The notes beneath the pieces were generated by a model, which made no database searches, had not been told where the DNA came from, and saw only the letters and a list, made by a program, of their open reading frames with translations. From the NCBI GenBank assembly GCA_041663665.1, contig JBAYMG010000002.1, positions 35,509 to 99,508 on the forward strand: a stretch of DNA of 64,000 nucleotides. Direction: 5' to 3'. The number at the start of each line of letters is the position of its first letter. The first letter of the stretch is position 1. The position numbers and the translations under genes were made by a program. Shown piece by piece: positions 36,089 to 47,188 of the stretch. Source of the stretch: Candidatus Omnitrophota bacterium. Its GTDB lineage: Bacteria; Omnitrophota; Gorgyraeia; Gygaellales; Profunditerraquicolaceae.

Positions 36089-36617
36089 GGTTTAATTTTA
36101 TCCCTTCTGCCAAAGCCTGTTGATTAATTTCTAAAATATTTTTATTGCCTGAAGGGGCTATTAGTTTAAAAACCTTCAGTATATTTTTAATCTTGATAAT
36201 TTTTTTAAAATCAATATAACAACCTAAAGCTACCATATTAGTTGTTCTGATATTGCCTAATTTTATGGCAATATCGGTAAAGGGAAACTGTAATATTTCT
36301 ACCTGGGCATAAGCATTACTTTTGGCTAAAGAAGAATTAAGGACTAAGAGGCCGCTATCTTTAACTTTATTTTTAAATCTTTCTAATGAAGGACTGTTTA
36401 AAATTATAAGCACGTCAGCTTTATTTATATAAGGCGAACCGATTTCCTGATCTGAGATAGTTACCATGCAGTGGCTGGTTCCCCCGCGCACCTCCGGGCC
36501 ATAGGCCGGCAAATAAGTAACCCGCTTACCTTCAAGCATGGCTGTTTGGGCCAAAACCTTGCCCAGAAGCATTACGCCCTGGCCGCCGGAACCGGCAATA
36601 ATTATACGCTCGATCAT
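36081..36617 (-). CDS. 2-oxoacid:ferredoxin oxidoreductase gamma subunit
   Basis: 178 aa. [19 protein letters not shown] start is typical of POR/KOR gamma. Confidence 0.8.
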   Translation of the reverse strand: MIERIIIAGSGGQGVMLLGKVLAQTAMLEGKRVTYLPAYGPEVRGGTSHCMVTISDQEIGSPYINKADVLIILNSPSLERFKNKVKDSGLLVLNSSLAKSNAYAQVEILQFPFTDIAIKLGNIRTTNMVALGCYIDFKKIIKIKNILKVFKLIAPSGNKNILEINQQALAEGIKLNHG

Positions 36618-37342
36618 TTAAGCCTTCCCAATGGAAACTCTTTCTGCATCAAATCTCTAATCCAATCTAAAGACTCTTTGGGACTTAATCCCCAATAAGT
36701 CGGACAAGGAGAAAGTAATTCTACTAAAGAAAAACCTAAATTATTTATCTGGTTTTGGAAGGCCTGCTTAATTGCGCGCTGAGCCTTTAATACCTCAGCG
36801 GGAGAGTGCAAAGAAACCCTTTCAATATAACAAACGCCGGGCAATAACGCCAGCATTTCAGAAATTTTCAGCGGATAACCATTTCTTATTTTTTCTCTGC
36901 CTTCAAGAGAAGTAGAAGTTTTTTGCCCTAAAAGTGTAGTCGGGGCCATCTGCCCGCCAGTCATTCCATAAACTGCATTATTAATAAAAATTACCGTCAG
37001 GTTTTCTCCCCGGCTTGCGGCATGTATTGTCTCATTGGTGCCAATAGCCGCCAAATCTCCATCACCCTGATAAGTAAAAACGATGTTTTTCGGATGTACT
37101 CTTTTTATACCCGTAGCAACTGCCAGGGCCCGGCCATGGGCGGCTTCTGAACAATCAAAATTCCAATAATCATAAGCAACCACCGCGCAGCCCACCGGAG
37201 CAACACCAATAACTTTTTCTCGAATACCTAATTCATCGATTGCCTGGGCTACCAAACGATGCGTAATACCATGCCCGCAACCCGGGCAATAATGCGTAGG
37301 TAAATCATATAACGCTTCTGGACGAGTAAATGTCTTTTTCAT
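36614..37342 (-). CDS. 2-oxoacid:ferredoxin oxidoreductase beta subunit (TPP-binding)
   Basis: CPGCGHG...; TPP motif GDGDLAAIG...[11 protein letters not shown]. Confidence 0.85.
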   Translation of the reverse strand: MKKTFTRPEALYDLPTHYCPGCGHGITHRLVAQAIDELGIREKVIGVAPVGCAVVAYDYWNFDCSEAAHGRALAVATGIKRVHPKNIVFTYQGDGDLAAIGTNETIHAASRGENLTVIFINNAVYGMTGGQMAPTTLLGQKTSTSLEGREKIRNGYPLKISEMLALLPGVCYIERVSLHSPAEVLKAQRAIKQAFQNQINNLGFSLVELLSPCPTYWGLSPKESLDWIRDLMQKEFPLGRLK

Positions 37343-38391
37343 TATAATAATTTTTTAATCTTAGCGATAATCTCTTCCTCGCTAGGAACCCCTCCGCCTG
37401 ACCTGCCAAGAAATTCTACTTGCTGCATCCCATTAACTGCCAACCTTACATCCTCAAGCATCTGCCCATAAGACATTTCAATCACCAAATACTTTATTTT
37501 TTTATTTTTGACATGAAAAGGCGCTTGGGGAAACGGCCAAAGTGTAATTGGCCTGATTAATCCGATTTTTTTACTAGCACTTCTTAACCGGCTAACTGCG
37601 CTTTTGGCAATACGTGCCATTGTTCCATAGGCAACCAAAACAATTTTTGCGTCCACCAAATTAAAACCCTCATAACGAACTTCTTTTTTTCTGATAATCT
37701 GATAACTCTTCTGTAATTTAAGGTTAAATTCCTCTAGAGCCCCTTCGCGCAGAAAAAAAGACTTAACAATATTCGGTTTTCTTCCTTTGCAGCCGCTAAG
37801 CGCCCAAGTCTTTATAGGATTAGTTTTATTTTTTTTACTGGATATTTGCACCGGCTCCATCATTTGGCCTAGGATTCCATCACCTAAAATCATAACTGGA
37901 ATGCGGTACTTATCGGCTAGATTAAAACTAACTTGCGTAAGATTATACGCTTCCTGGACACACCCCGGGGCCAAAACTATCAAACGATAATCTCCATGTC
38001 CTCCACCGCGCGTAGCTTGGAAATAATCCGATTGCGCAGGAGCAATATTGCCTAAGCCTGGGCCGCCACGCATAATATTTACAATTACCGCCGGAAGTTG
38101 CGAACCGGCGATATAGGATATTCCTTCTTGTTTCAAACTGATCCCCGGGCTAGACGATGAGGTCATGCACCTGGCCCCGGCAGCAGAAGCGCCATAAACC
38201 ATATTAATCGCAGCTAACTCGGATTCAGCCTGAATAAACACGCCTCCAGACTTAACCATATGTTTGGACATATAAGCAATAATTTCATTTTGCGGGGTGA
38301 TTGGGTATCCGGCATAAAAACTGCAACCGGCGGCCAGGGCGCCTTGAGCAATCGCTTCATTACCGCTTAATAATATTTTATTTTTTACCAT
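37342..38391 (-). CDS. 2-oxoacid:ferredoxin oxidoreductase alpha subunit
   Basis: Internal start [22 protein letters not shown] chosen. The longer ORF start would overlap the delta gene by 64 nt. Confidence 0.8.
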   Translation of the reverse strand: MVKNKILLSGNEAIAQGALAAGCSFYAGYPITPQNEIIAYMSKHMVKSGGVFIQAESELAAINMVYGASAAGARCMTSSSSPGISLKQEGISYIAGSQLPAVIVNIMRGGPGLGNIAPAQSDYFQATRGGGHGDYRLIVLAPGCVQEAYNLTQVSFNLADKYRIPVMILGDGILGQMMEPVQISSKKNKTNPIKTWALSGCKGRKPNIVKSFFLREGALEEFNLKLQKSYQIIRKKEVRYEGFNLVDAKIVLVAYGTMARIAKSAVSRLRSASKKIGLIRPITLWPFPQAPFHVKNKKIKYLVIEMSYGQMLEDVRLAVNGMQQVEFLGRSGGGVPSEEEIIAKIKKLL

Positions 38392-38393
38392 AT

Positions 38394-38597
38394 TTATTTG
38401 TATACCTGAATACAACAATCCGGACAAATTAGAGCGCACTGCATACAACCAATACATTCTCCTTTTACATCAAATTCCACAGAATTTAAACCTTTATTAT
38501 TTAATTTTAAACTTTTTTTAATTAAGCCTTTTGGGCAAAAACTTATGCACAATAAACAACCCTTGCATCTATCTTGATTAATTATAATCTTAGCCAT
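38394..38597 (-). CDS. 2-oxoacid:ferredoxin oxidoreductase delta subunit (2x[4Fe-4S] ferredoxin)
   Basis: 67 aa. Two CxxCxxCxxxCP motifs. Confidence 0.8.
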   Translation of the reverse strand: MAKIIINQDRCKGCLLCISFCPKGLIKKSLKLNNKGLNSVEFDVKGECIGCMQCALICPDCCIQVYK

Positions 38598-40455
38598 TAT
38601 TTTTTATCACCTTAAGGATATTCGCAGCAATCTTCTCGGCATTTAATTCATATTTTTCTAAAATCTTTTCCCGGGAACCGTGGGGAATAAATTCCGAAGG
38701 TAGGCCCATGCGCCATACCTGCTTGCCTAATTCCTGAGCAACCACGCTGCCAAAGCCTGATTCCCTTACCCCTTCTTCGACTGTAAAAATAAATTTTGTT
38801 TTAAGACAAGTATTTTTAATTAATTTTACATCTATTGGGGCAACAAAACGAGCATTAATGAAATTTCCCGATAACCCTTTTTTACCCAATATTTCAATAG
38901 CTGCTTGCACAATTAAAACCATGCTCCCTAAAGCAATAATCGTAAAATCCTTACCCTCTTTAATTAACTCCGCTTTCCCTAATTCCAAAGGCTCCGCGGG
39001 GATATCTTCTAAAGAAACATTGCCGCGGGGATATCTTATCGCTACCGGCTTATTCAGCTGGACAGCAAACTCTAGCATCTGCTCTAATTCAATTCCATCC
39101 TTAGGTGCCATAATGATTAAATTCGGAATGCTTTTTAAATAAGCAATATCAAATATACCCTGATGCGTAACCCCATCTTCTCCCACAATCCCCGAGCGGT
39201 CAATAGCAAATATTACCGGTGCATCTTGCAATGCCACATCCTCAATAATTTGATCATAAGCACGCTGCAAGAATGTAGAATATATCGCAACTACCGGCTT
39301 AAACCCTTGCTTGGCAAGCCCAGCGGCGAAACAAACCGCATGCCCTTCGGCAATGCCGACATCAAAAAATCTTTCCGGGAAAGAGTCGCGGAATTTATTT
39401 AAGCCCGTTCCCCCGGGCATTGCGGCAGTTATCGCTATAATCCGACTATCGGCCTGCGCCAGCTTAACCAGCTTATCACCAAACACCTCGGTATAACTTT
39501 TTAACCCCACTTGAGACTTCTTTACTTCAACCTCTCCGGTATTTATGTCAAAACAACCGATTCCATGAAACTTCACCGGATTATTTTCAGCAAACTCGCA
39601 CCCTTTGCCTTTTTTAGTAACCACATGCAAAAGCCTCGGGCCTTTAATTTCCATGATGTTTCTTAATGTCGGAATTAACTTATTTAAATCATGTCCATCA
39701 ATGGGCCCAAAATAACGGAATCCCAGCTCCTCAAATAACATCCCCGGGACAAACAATCCTTTTATCCCTTCTTCAAACTTATTCATTAATTTTATTAAAC
39801 GGCTGCCCCGCGGGACACGAGTCCTTAAAAAATTCTCTAAGTTATTATGAAAACGATTGTAAACCGGAAGAGAAATGATTTTATTTAAATAGTTACTAAT
39901 TGCCCCCACATTGGGAGAAATGCTTAATTCATTAGTATTCAATATTACTAGAATATCTTTTTTAAGATGGCCAGCATTATTCAAACCTTCAAAACAAAGG
40001 CCTCCGCTTAATGCCCCATCTCCGATCAAGGATACAACTTTAAACTGCTCTTCTTTGGGGAGAAAATCCCTGGCGCAAGCAAGCCCTAAACCCAAAGAAA
40101 CTGCACTTGAGCTATGCCCGCTGGTAAAATAATCAAAAGGCGATTCATCTTTGGAAGGGAAGCCACTTAACCCCCCATACTGCCTAAGTGTAGAAAACTG
40201 GATATTCCTACCGGTTAATATTTTATGCGCGTAGGCTTGATGCCCCACATCAAAAATAATTTTATCTTTAGGTGTATTTAAACAATAATGCAGGGCAACA
40301 ATAATTTCCACCGCCCCCAAGCTTGAAGCAAGATGCCCACCAGTAGAAGAAACAACTTCAATTAATCTGTGGCGGATCTCTTTAGAAAGCCCAACAAGCT
40401 GGTCAATGCTTAATTTTTTTAAATCTAGGGGGGAACTTATTTTTTCTAATAACAT
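38590..40455 (-). CDS. dxs: 1-deoxy-D-xylulose-5-phosphate synthase
   Basis: 621 aa. GGHLASSLGAVEIIVALHY, GDGALSGG (TPP), transketolase-like C-terminus. Confidence 0.9.
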   Translation of the reverse strand: MLLEKISSPLDLKKLSIDQLVGLSKEIRHRLIEVVSSTGGHLASSLGAVEIIVALHYCLNTPKDKIIFDVGHQAYAHKILTGRNIQFSTLRQYGGLSGFPSKDESPFDYFTSGHSSSAVSLGLGLACARDFLPKEEQFKVVSLIGDGALSGGLCFEGLNNAGHLKKDILVILNTNELSISPNVGAISNYLNKIISLPVYNRFHNNLENFLRTRVPRGSRLIKLMNKFEEGIKGLFVPGMLFEELGFRYFGPIDGHDLNKLIPTLRNIMEIKGPRLLHVVTKKGKGCEFAENNPVKFHGIGCFDINTGEVEVKKSQVGLKSYTEVFGDKLVKLAQADSRIIAITAAMPGGTGLNKFRDSFPERFFDVGIAEGHAVCFAAGLAKQGFKPVVAIYSTFLQRAYDQIIEDVALQDAPVIFAIDRSGIVGEDGVTHQGIFDIAYLKSIPNLIIMAPKDGIELEQMLEFAVQLNKPVAIRYPRGNVSLEDIPAEPLELGKAELIKEGKDFTIIALGSMVLIVQAAIEILGKKGLSGNFINARFVAPIDVKLIKNTCLKTKFIFTVEEGVRESGFGSVVAQELGKQVWRMGLPSEFIPHGSREKILEKYELNAEKIAANILKVIKNNG

Positions 40456-40458
40456 AAT

Positions 40459-40701
40459 TTATTTTTCTTCGGTGCTAGAATCATCAAATTCTTCTAAACT
40501 AAGTTTACCGTCTTTTTTCATAAGCAGTTCTACCTTACGCTGAGCAGCTTCCAAAGTAAATGAGCAAGACTGCGCAATTTTTACTCCTTCTTCATACTTT
40601 TTAAGCGACTCGCCTAAAGTGATTTTCCCACTAGAGAGCTCCTCGACAATTTTCTGCAATTTTTTCAAATCTTCCTCAAAGGTTGATTTTTCTTTAGTCA
40701 T
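40459..40701 (-). CDS. xseB: Exodeoxyribonuclease VII small subunit
   Basis: 80 aa helical protein. FEEDLKKLQKIVEELSSGKITLGESLKKYEEG. Confidence 0.85.
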   Translation of the reverse strand: MTKEKSTFEEDLKKLQKIVEELSSGKITLGESLKKYEEGVKIAQSCSFTLEAAQRKVELLMKKDGKLSLEEFDDSSTEEK

Positions 40702-41929
40702 TAAATACCTCCTCGACTTGACTAATAAATACGCCTTTTTGTAAAATAGTTTTTAATTTATCGCCTATTTTCACTTGGGAAACTTCATTAATAATTAACT
40801 CCTGCGGCAATAACATGCTTAAGCTATAACCTCGGGACAATATCGAAAGCGGGCTAAGCGCTTCTAATCTTTGAATTAAAGAATTGCTGCGTTCAAAAGC
40901 AAATTCCAGACAATGCTTCATATTATAATCTAGCTCAACCGACAACTCGTCCATTTGTTGTTGTTTTTCAAACAAACTATCTTTTGGACTCTTAAGCGTA
41001 TGGGTAAGCGCCGTAAGCCTGTTTTCTAAATTACTGATTATATTATTCATCGCAAACGACAATTCATGTTTAAAGCCAGAAAGTTCGGCCAATAAGGCAT
41101 TCTTTTTATCAACAATAATCTTTGCCGCAGCCGATGGGGTTTCCACGAAAACATCGGCAACCAGATCACTTAAAGTAGTATTAATCTGATGCCCGACAGC
41201 AGAAATTATTGGAAGCCTAGAATTATAAATTGCCCGGGCCACAATCTCTTCATTAAATGACCAAAGATCCTCAGTGCTGCCGCCTCCGCGGCTAACAACA
41301 ATTAAATCCAGTTTTCCAAAATTATTTAAATCCTCGATTGCTTCGGCTATTTCCCCGGCTGCCTGTTCACCCTGCACACGTACAGAACGTAACACTACAT
41401 CTACACAAGGAGCTCCTTTTTTTAAAATTTGCAGAATATCACGTACCGCAGCTCCGGTAGTTGAAGTAACAATGCCGATAGAAAACGGCATTTTGGGTAG
41501 CAATCTTTTATGGCTTAAATCAAACAGCCCCTCTTGGGCTAATCTTTTCTTTAATTGCTCAAAAGCTAGTTGCTGCGAGCCCACCCCCTTAGGCTCAATT
41601 CTTTCAACGATAATCTGATATTGACCGCGGGGTGCGTACAAATCAACCTTACCAAAACAGATAACCTTAAGCCCATCCTCAAGTTTAAATTTTAATCCTT
41701 TATTGGCATGAGCAAACATCGCTCCTAAAATTATCGCGTTTTGATCTTTAAGGGAAAAATAGAAATGCCCGCTTGTGGCAGCTTTAAAATTGGAGATCTC
41801 ACCTTCAAGCCAAACTTCACCAATATTATTTTCCAGTAAGGCTTTAATTTCCTGGGAAATCTCAGTAACCGTATAAATACGTTTATTTATTTTCTGCACT
41901 TTTCCCTTCTTTAGGAGAAAAGCTCCCAT
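40694..41929 (-). CDS. xseA: Exodeoxyribonuclease VII large subunit
   Basis: 411 aa. N-terminal OB-fold (VWLEGEISNFK), catalytic core, coupled to xseB. Confidence 0.85.
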   Translation of the reverse strand: MGAFLLKKGKVQKINKRIYTVTEISQEIKALLENNIGEVWLEGEISNFKAATSGHFYFSLKDQNAIILGAMFAHANKGLKFKLEDGLKVICFGKVDLYAPRGQYQIIVERIEPKGVGSQQLAFEQLKKRLAQEGLFDLSHKRLLPKMPFSIGIVTSTTGAAVRDILQILKKGAPCVDVVLRSVRVQGEQAAGEIAEAIEDLNNFGKLDLIVVSRGGGSTEDLWSFNEEIVARAIYNSRLPIISAVGHQINTTLSDLVADVFVETPSAAAKIIVDKKNALLAELSGFKHELSFAMNNIISNLENRLTALTHTLKSPKDSLFEKQQQMDELSVELDYNMKHCLEFAFERSNSLIQRLEALSPLSILSRGYSLSMLLPQELIINEVSQVKIGDKLKTILQKGVFISQVEEVFND

Positions 41930-43778
41930 CTAGTTTTATTTCTGATTTTATTTCCGGAACTCCCGGTTTTACTTCTGTGATTACTTCTGATTTTACCTCT
42001 GGCTCCACTTGTTTTGTTTCCGGTTTCTTCTCAACTTGCCCAGCATCCGGCAAAATTTCAGCCGGGGAGGCGACCGGCTTTTTCTTAAAAACTAAAAACT
42101 GCACTGAATAAGGGCTCATTTCCAGCACTTCATTATAATCCTGGCTAGAATCTATGCCTTTTTCAACAACTGGTTTAAATTCACAATCCCGAACACAAGC
42201 ATTATCCATCGCATATTTAGTATAAACAGGCATACCCTTTAAGCCTTTTAAAGAAATTTTTACCTTGCGGTTTTCCTTGGAAAATTTTTGCATTAAACTA
42301 TTTAATTCTATCGCTTGGGCAAACATGCTTTTAGGCTTGGCACTTAAACGTAAATTTGCCATATTTAGAGTACCTGAGATAATTTTTCCCATTCGATCAG
42401 ATCTAATTATATTTAAAACTTCTTTTCTTTCTGTACTGTTTAAATAAACTATGTTACGGGATAAATAATTCATTGCCACATGCGGATCAATATAATTATA
42501 AACAAGTAACGCAAAATATTCCGTAGATTTTGTAGAAATAACCCCGACAAATTCATCATCAATACCGGTAGTAAATAAATCCTTGCCTAACAAGCTAAGC
42601 ATCCTAAAAACATTGTAGTTAGTTTTAGCATACCCCTTGGAGTCAGGATGTTTGATATCGAACGAAAATATTCCGAGATTCCGATTTGCCTGGGCCGGAT
42701 TACCACCAAAGTCTTCAAGGCAAAAATAAGCTTGATAATCAATCTTGGCTTCATACATATTTTTTAGCCTGGCGGGGATATAGCTGGCAGAAATATAAGC
42801 ATTTTTGCCTCTTTCCGACAAAATATTAACTGACCCATCGAAGTTCCACTCATCAATAATTAGCGGAATATTATTATCAAAACGAAAATAACTTAACCAT
42901 TCACGGATGAGCTGGACAATCGGCTTATTATAAATAGTGCTTTGCTTTTCCTCTCGCGGGTCGCTTGAATAGGCATGCCAAGAAATAAAATCCAAGGGCA
43001 ACCGATAACTATAGCAATATTTTATCAGTTCATAAATAAGGGAGCGTTCGGGAAAAAGTATATTATTAGATTCGATGTTCCTAAACCAGCTGCTTACCGA
43101 AGGCCCACCTAAAGGTATATGTATTTTTGACTCTTGGCGCAACTCAATTACTGCTTCGGCCACAACCCGGTATAAATTAAGATACTCCGATCTCTCGCCT
43201 AAAAAGAAATCTTCCTGATCCGGGGCATTCCATACTTCATACCAAATATTATATTTCTTCTGGCAACTTAATTCACGGATTGTGTTTTTAACCAACTCTT
43301 TATAAGCCTTTAAATTATGCGGAGAGCTGTTTTTATCAAGCACCCTCCCTAAACCATAGGGGGTACCAAACAAATCAAGAATAACCGTTCCACCGCTATC
43401 GCTTATTTTTTTAATAAGCTCATCATAACTATTGATAAGTTTTTCTTGTGCAGCCTTATCACCAGCTAGTTGCTCAATCTCCCAGAAATTATACTGAATG
43501 CGATAAAAATTAGTAAAACCCAAATCGGTTTGCCAAGAAGTTATTGAATCTTTAGCCGCTAGAGTCTGCGGAAGACTTGGATCGCGATGCATGCCTCGGC
43601 CGCTTAAATCAATGCTAGGTTTATATATATTTGGAAGGCTGACTACAGAGGAATTAAGATCTAAATTATATTCTAATTCGTCGGAAATTTGGGCAAAACA
43701 AGGGCTGCTTAAGAAAAATGGTAGAACAATTAAAAATAATAAAACTCTGCGCAACATATTTGGCTGTATTTTGCTCAT
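41883..43778 (-). CDS. Secreted glycoside-hydrolase-like protein (clan GH-A-like TIM barrel) with Pro/Glu/Lys-rich tail
   Basis: Signal peptide. WNAPDQE resembles the GH5/GH39 NEP acid/base motif. C-terminal PEVKSEVITEVKPGVPEIKSEIK repeats. Confidence 0.4.
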   Translation of the reverse strand: MSKIQPNMLRRVLLFLIVLPFFLSSPCFAQISDELEYNLDLNSSVVSLPNIYKPSIDLSGRGMHRDPSLPQTLAAKDSITSWQTDLGFTNFYRIQYNFWEIEQLAGDKAAQEKLINSYDELIKKISDSGGTVILDLFGTPYGLGRVLDKNSSPHNLKAYKELVKNTIRELSCQKKYNIWYEVWNAPDQEDFFLGERSEYLNLYRVVAEAVIELRQESKIHIPLGGPSVSSWFRNIESNNILFPERSLIYELIKYCYSYRLPLDFISWHAYSSDPREEKQSTIYNKPIVQLIREWLSYFRFDNNIPLIIDEWNFDGSVNILSERGKNAYISASYIPARLKNMYEAKIDYQAYFCLEDFGGNPAQANRNLGIFSFDIKHPDSKGYAKTNYNVFRMLSLLGKDLFTTGIDDEFVGVISTKSTEYFALLVYNYIDPHVAMNYLSRNIVYLNSTERKEVLNIIRSDRMGKIISGTLNMANLRLSAKPKSMFAQAIELNSLMQKFSKENRKVKISLKGLKGMPVYTKYAMDNACVRDCEFKPVVEKGIDSSQDYNEVLEMSPYSVQFLVFKKKPVASPAEILPDAGQVEKKPETKQVEPEVKSEVITEVKPGVPEIKSEIKLDGSFSPKEGKSAENK

Positions 43779-43799
43779 ACAAACCCCACCATATAACAG

Positions 43800-44591
43800 C
43801 TAGACTAACCTCGAAAGTTTCTCTTGTATTCTTAAAATCGAAATTGCTCTCCCAGTTGACTCATCAATCTCAACCAGTGCCCCATGCAATTGGATATTTT
43901 CTTCAGCAACCGAAATTTTAACCGGAATAGAGCTTAAAAAACGAGTAAGCACATCATCAACTCTTCTTCCAATAACGGAATCATATGGGCCAGTCATACC
44001 CACATCAGTTATATAGGCGGTACCCTTGGGAAGAATTTTTTCATCAGCAGTTTGGATATGTGTATGTGTGCCAAAAATAGCAGATACCTTACCATCTAGA
44101 TACCACCCCAAAGCAACTTTTTCAGAAGTAGCTTCAGCATGTATATCTAAGATGATAATTTTGGTCTCTAGGGCTAATTTTTCATAAGCAGCCAGCGCGG
44201 TCTTAAAAGGCGAATCAAGCGCTTCCATAAATACCCGTCCATTAACATTAATTACCCCAACCTTAAGGCCATTTTTAGCTTTAAAAATATTTGCTCCGCG
44301 GCCCGGTGCACCGCTGGGATAATTTAGCGGACGCAAAATTCTTTCTTCTTGATTAATTAATTCGAAAATTTCCGGTTTTTTCCAAATATGGTCCCCGGAA
44401 GTAAGCACATCTACTTGTGAAGAAAAAAGCTCAGTTGCCACCTTAAGCGTAATCCCTGAACCACCCGAGGCATTCTCCGCATTAGCAATTACAAAATCTA
44501 TTTTTAACTCTTGCTTTAACGGGCCGACTAATCTTTTAATCGCCTCTCTCCCGGGTGAACCAACGATATCTCCAATAAAAAGTATTTTCAT
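43800..44591 (-). CDS. YmdB-family metallophosphoesterase (TIGR00282-like)
   Basis: MKILFIGDIVGSPGR...GDHIW. Adjacent to rny as in Firmicutes. Confidence 0.8.
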   Translation of the reverse strand: MKILFIGDIVGSPGREAIKRLVGPLKQELKIDFVIANAENASGGSGITLKVATELFSSQVDVLTSGDHIWKKPEIFELINQEERILRPLNYPSGAPGRGANIFKAKNGLKVGVINVNGRVFMEALDSPFKTALAAYEKLALETKIIILDIHAEATSEKVALGWYLDGKVSAIFGTHTHIQTADEKILPKGTAYITDVGMTGPYDSVIGRRVDDVLTRFLSSIPVKISVAEENIQLHGALVEIDESTGRAISILRIQEKLSRLV

Positions 44592-44594
44592 TTT

Positions 44595-46151
44595 TTATTT
44601 AGCATACTCAATAGTACGCATCTCACGAATTACTGTAACTTTTATCTGCCCGGGGTATTCCATTCCCTCTTCTATTTTTTTACGTATATCCCGGCACATA
44701 GTAACTGCCTCATTGTCATTTATTTTTTCCGGCTGGACAATTACGCGTATTTCTCGTCCGGCCTGGATAGCAAAAGATTTTTCCACGCCCTTAAAAAGGT
44801 TGGCAATTGATTCCAGCTTATCCAAACGCTTAACATATATTTCAAGTGTTTCCCTTCTTGCGCCGGGACGGGCAGCACTAACCGCATCAGCAGCTACAGC
44901 TAAAACTGCGTAGATACCCTGCGGCTGGGTTTCTTCATGATGCGATTCAATTGCCGCAACAACTTCAGCGCTTTCATTATATTTTTTCGCCAGGTCTGCG
45001 CCGAGCTTGGCATGCGTACCTTCAACCTGATGATCCACGGCTTTACCAATATCATGCAAAAGCCCAATTCTGCGGCCTAATTTAAAATCAAGCCCTAATT
45101 CGGAAGCCATTATTCCTAAAATAAAAGAAGCTTCCTTAGAGTGCTGTAAAGCGTTCTGTCCGTAACTGGTACGATATTTCAGCCGGCCCAAAAGTTTAAT
45201 TATCTCTGGATGCAAACCATTGACCCCGGCCTCAAAAGCAGCCCGCTCTCCCTCTTCCTTGATTTTTTCATCCATCTCTTTTTTGGTTTTTTCGACAATT
45301 TCTTCAATCCGGCCGGGATGAATCCTTCCATCGGAAATAAGCTTCTCTAAACTTAGGCGGGCAATTTCCCGGCGCACAGCATCAAATCCTGACAAAGTTA
45401 CCGCACCCGGGGTATCATCAATAATAACATCAACTCCGGTTGCCATTTCTAAAGCCCGGATATTCCTGCCTTCCCGGCCGATAATCCTGCCCTTCATTTC
45501 ATCGCTAGGCAACGCTACTACGCTTACCGTTGATTCAACCGTATGCTCGGCCGCACAACGCTGGATAGCTAAACTTAAGATCTCTCGCGCTTTCTTATCT
45601 GCGACACTGCGCACTTCTTCTTCTTGGCGCTTAATAAATACTGCTTTTTCATTATTGAGCTCTTCGTTCAGGCGGGAAAGTAAAATCTGTTTAGCCTCTT
45701 CAGCGGATAAAGAAGAAATTTTCTGTAGCTTTTCTTTTTCTTCAGCAAACAAAGCATGCAACTGATCATCTTTTAACTTTAAAGACTCTTCCTGTTTTTT
45801 AAGGCCATCATTGCGCAGATCAATTTCTTTTTCCTTCTTCTCCAAAAGATCAATCCGGCGATCGGTATTTTCTTCTTTTTGCGATAATCTTTTTTCTAAA
45901 TTCACAATCTCTAACTTGCGATCCTTAACTTCACTCTCAAAATCCTGCCGCATACGGTAGAGAAGATCCTTGGCCTCAAGCTCCGCTTCTCGGCGCTTAT
46001 CAAGAACATCTTTTTGGGCTACTTCTAAAATATGCTCAGCTTGAGCTTCAGCGCTTTTTAACTTTTTCTCGGCATTATATTTTCTTAAAAAATAACCGCC
46101 GTAGCCAAAAGCCAAAGCAATAGATATCAAAACTACTATATTAAGAATCAT
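44595..46151 (-). CDS. rny: Ribonuclease Y
   Basis: N-terminal TM, coiled coil, KH ([11 protein letters not shown]), HD (LLHDIGK). Confidence 0.9.
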   Translation of the reverse strand: MILNIVVLISIALAFGYGGYFLRKYNAEKKLKSAEAQAEHILEVAQKDVLDKRREAELEAKDLLYRMRQDFESEVKDRKLEIVNLEKRLSQKEENTDRRIDLLEKKEKEIDLRNDGLKKQEESLKLKDDQLHALFAEEKEKLQKISSLSAEEAKQILLSRLNEELNNEKAVFIKRQEEEVRSVADKKAREILSLAIQRCAAEHTVESTVSVVALPSDEMKGRIIGREGRNIRALEMATGVDVIIDDTPGAVTLSGFDAVRREIARLSLEKLISDGRIHPGRIEEIVEKTKKEMDEKIKEEGERAAFEAGVNGLHPEIIKLLGRLKYRTSYGQNALQHSKEASFILGIMASELGLDFKLGRRIGLLHDIGKAVDHQVEGTHAKLGADLAKKYNESAEVVAAIESHHEETQPQGIYAVLAVAADAVSAARPGARRETLEIYVKRLDKLESIANLFKGVEKSFAIQAGREIRVIVQPEKINDNEAVTMCRDIRKKIEEGMEYPGQIKVTVIREMRTIEYAK

Positions 46152-46195
46152 TTCTCTTCCTCCGTTTTTGACCTATTTATTAAGCTTTTTGGAGT

Positions 46196-46741
46196 TTAAG
46201 AAAAGATAATGCTGCTTACGCTTATATCGTATTTAGTGGCGGGAACTAGAGGTAAAACCTGGAAATCAAAAGCCAGGCCGATAGAAGATGATTTTTTGGA
46301 AAGCAGAGGTAAGAAACGGTCATAACAGCCTTTACCGCGGCCCAAGCGAGTGCCTTTTTTATCAAAAGCTAACCCGGGAACGATAACAAGATCCAAGTCC
46401 TCTGGCTTAACAAAAGTCTTTGTCGCAGGTTCTAAGACGCCATAAGGCCCTTTTTTTAACTTAGCCCGATCTTTAAATATAGCTGGCTGCATAATTTCTT
46501 TATCTTTTCTGTAAACTGGCACACATATTAGTTTGCCAGCTTTTTTTGCTTCCCTAATCATTTCTCTAGTATTTACCTCGCCACCAAAAGCGATATAAAA
46601 CATTATTATCTTCGCTTTTTTAAAAACCTTATTCCTTAAAAGTTTATCTTTAATGAGTTTACTTTTTCGGTTTCGGTCTTCCTCCTTCTGTATTTTTAAT
46701 GCTAAAAGAATTTTACTACGTATCTGGGCCTTTGTCAACAT
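46196..46741 (-). CDS. 5-formyltetrahydrofolate cyclo-ligase
   Basis: RLGRGKGCYDRFL motif. Confidence 0.8.
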   Translation of the reverse strand: MLTKAQIRSKILLALKIQKEEDRNRKSKLIKDKLLRNKVFKKAKIIMFYIAFGGEVNTREMIREAKKAGKLICVPVYRKDKEIMQPAIFKDRAKLKKGPYGVLEPATKTFVKPEDLDLVIVPGLAFDKKGTRLGRGKGCYDRFLPLLSKKSSSIGLAFDFQVLPLVPATKYDISVSSIIFS

Positions 46742-46749
46742 ACCTCAAC

Positions 46750-47187
46750 CTATAAACAAGTTTCCCCTTCGTGGGAATGGCCCATATCTTCAAAAGGCAC
46801 AACTTTTCCCTGCTTTTTATAATAATCTTTTAATGCCGAACGTAATGCTTCCTCGGCCAGAACTGAACAATGCATTTTTACCGCAGGCAACCCCCCTAAA
46901 GCTTCAGCCACCGCCTTATTGGTAATCTTTAATGCATCAACAATCGACTTTCCTTTAACCATCTCCGTAACCATGGAACTGGTAGCTACAGCTGCGCCGC
47001 AACCAAAGGTTTTAAACTTTACATCAGTAATTATTTCATTTTCTATTTTCAAATACATCTTCATTACATCCCCGCACACAGGATTACCCACAGTACCTAT
47101 ACCGCTGGCATCAGGAATCTCACCCACATTACGCGGGTTAGAAAAATGATCCATAACTTTTTCGCTATAAGGAAGTTGCTCGGGCAT
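46750..47187 (-). CDS. nifU: Fe-S cluster assembly scaffold (IscU/NifU N-domain)
   Basis: NPVCGD, FGCGAA, MHCS cysteine ligands. Confidence 0.8.
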   Translation of the reverse strand: MPEQLPYSEKVMDHFSNPRNVGEIPDASGIGTVGNPVCGDVMKMYLKIENEIITDVKFKTFGCGAAVATSSMVTEMVKGKSIVDALKITNKAVAEALGGLPAVKMHCSVLAEEALRSALKDYYKKQGKVVPFEDMGHSHEGETCL

Positions 47188-47188
47188 A

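Noticed and set aside
37342-38457. Long form of the oxidoreductase alpha subunit (371 aa)
   Set aside because: The N-terminal 22 codons would overlap the delta-subunit gene by 64 nt. The internal start MVKNKILL gives the usual abutting delta-alpha arrangement.
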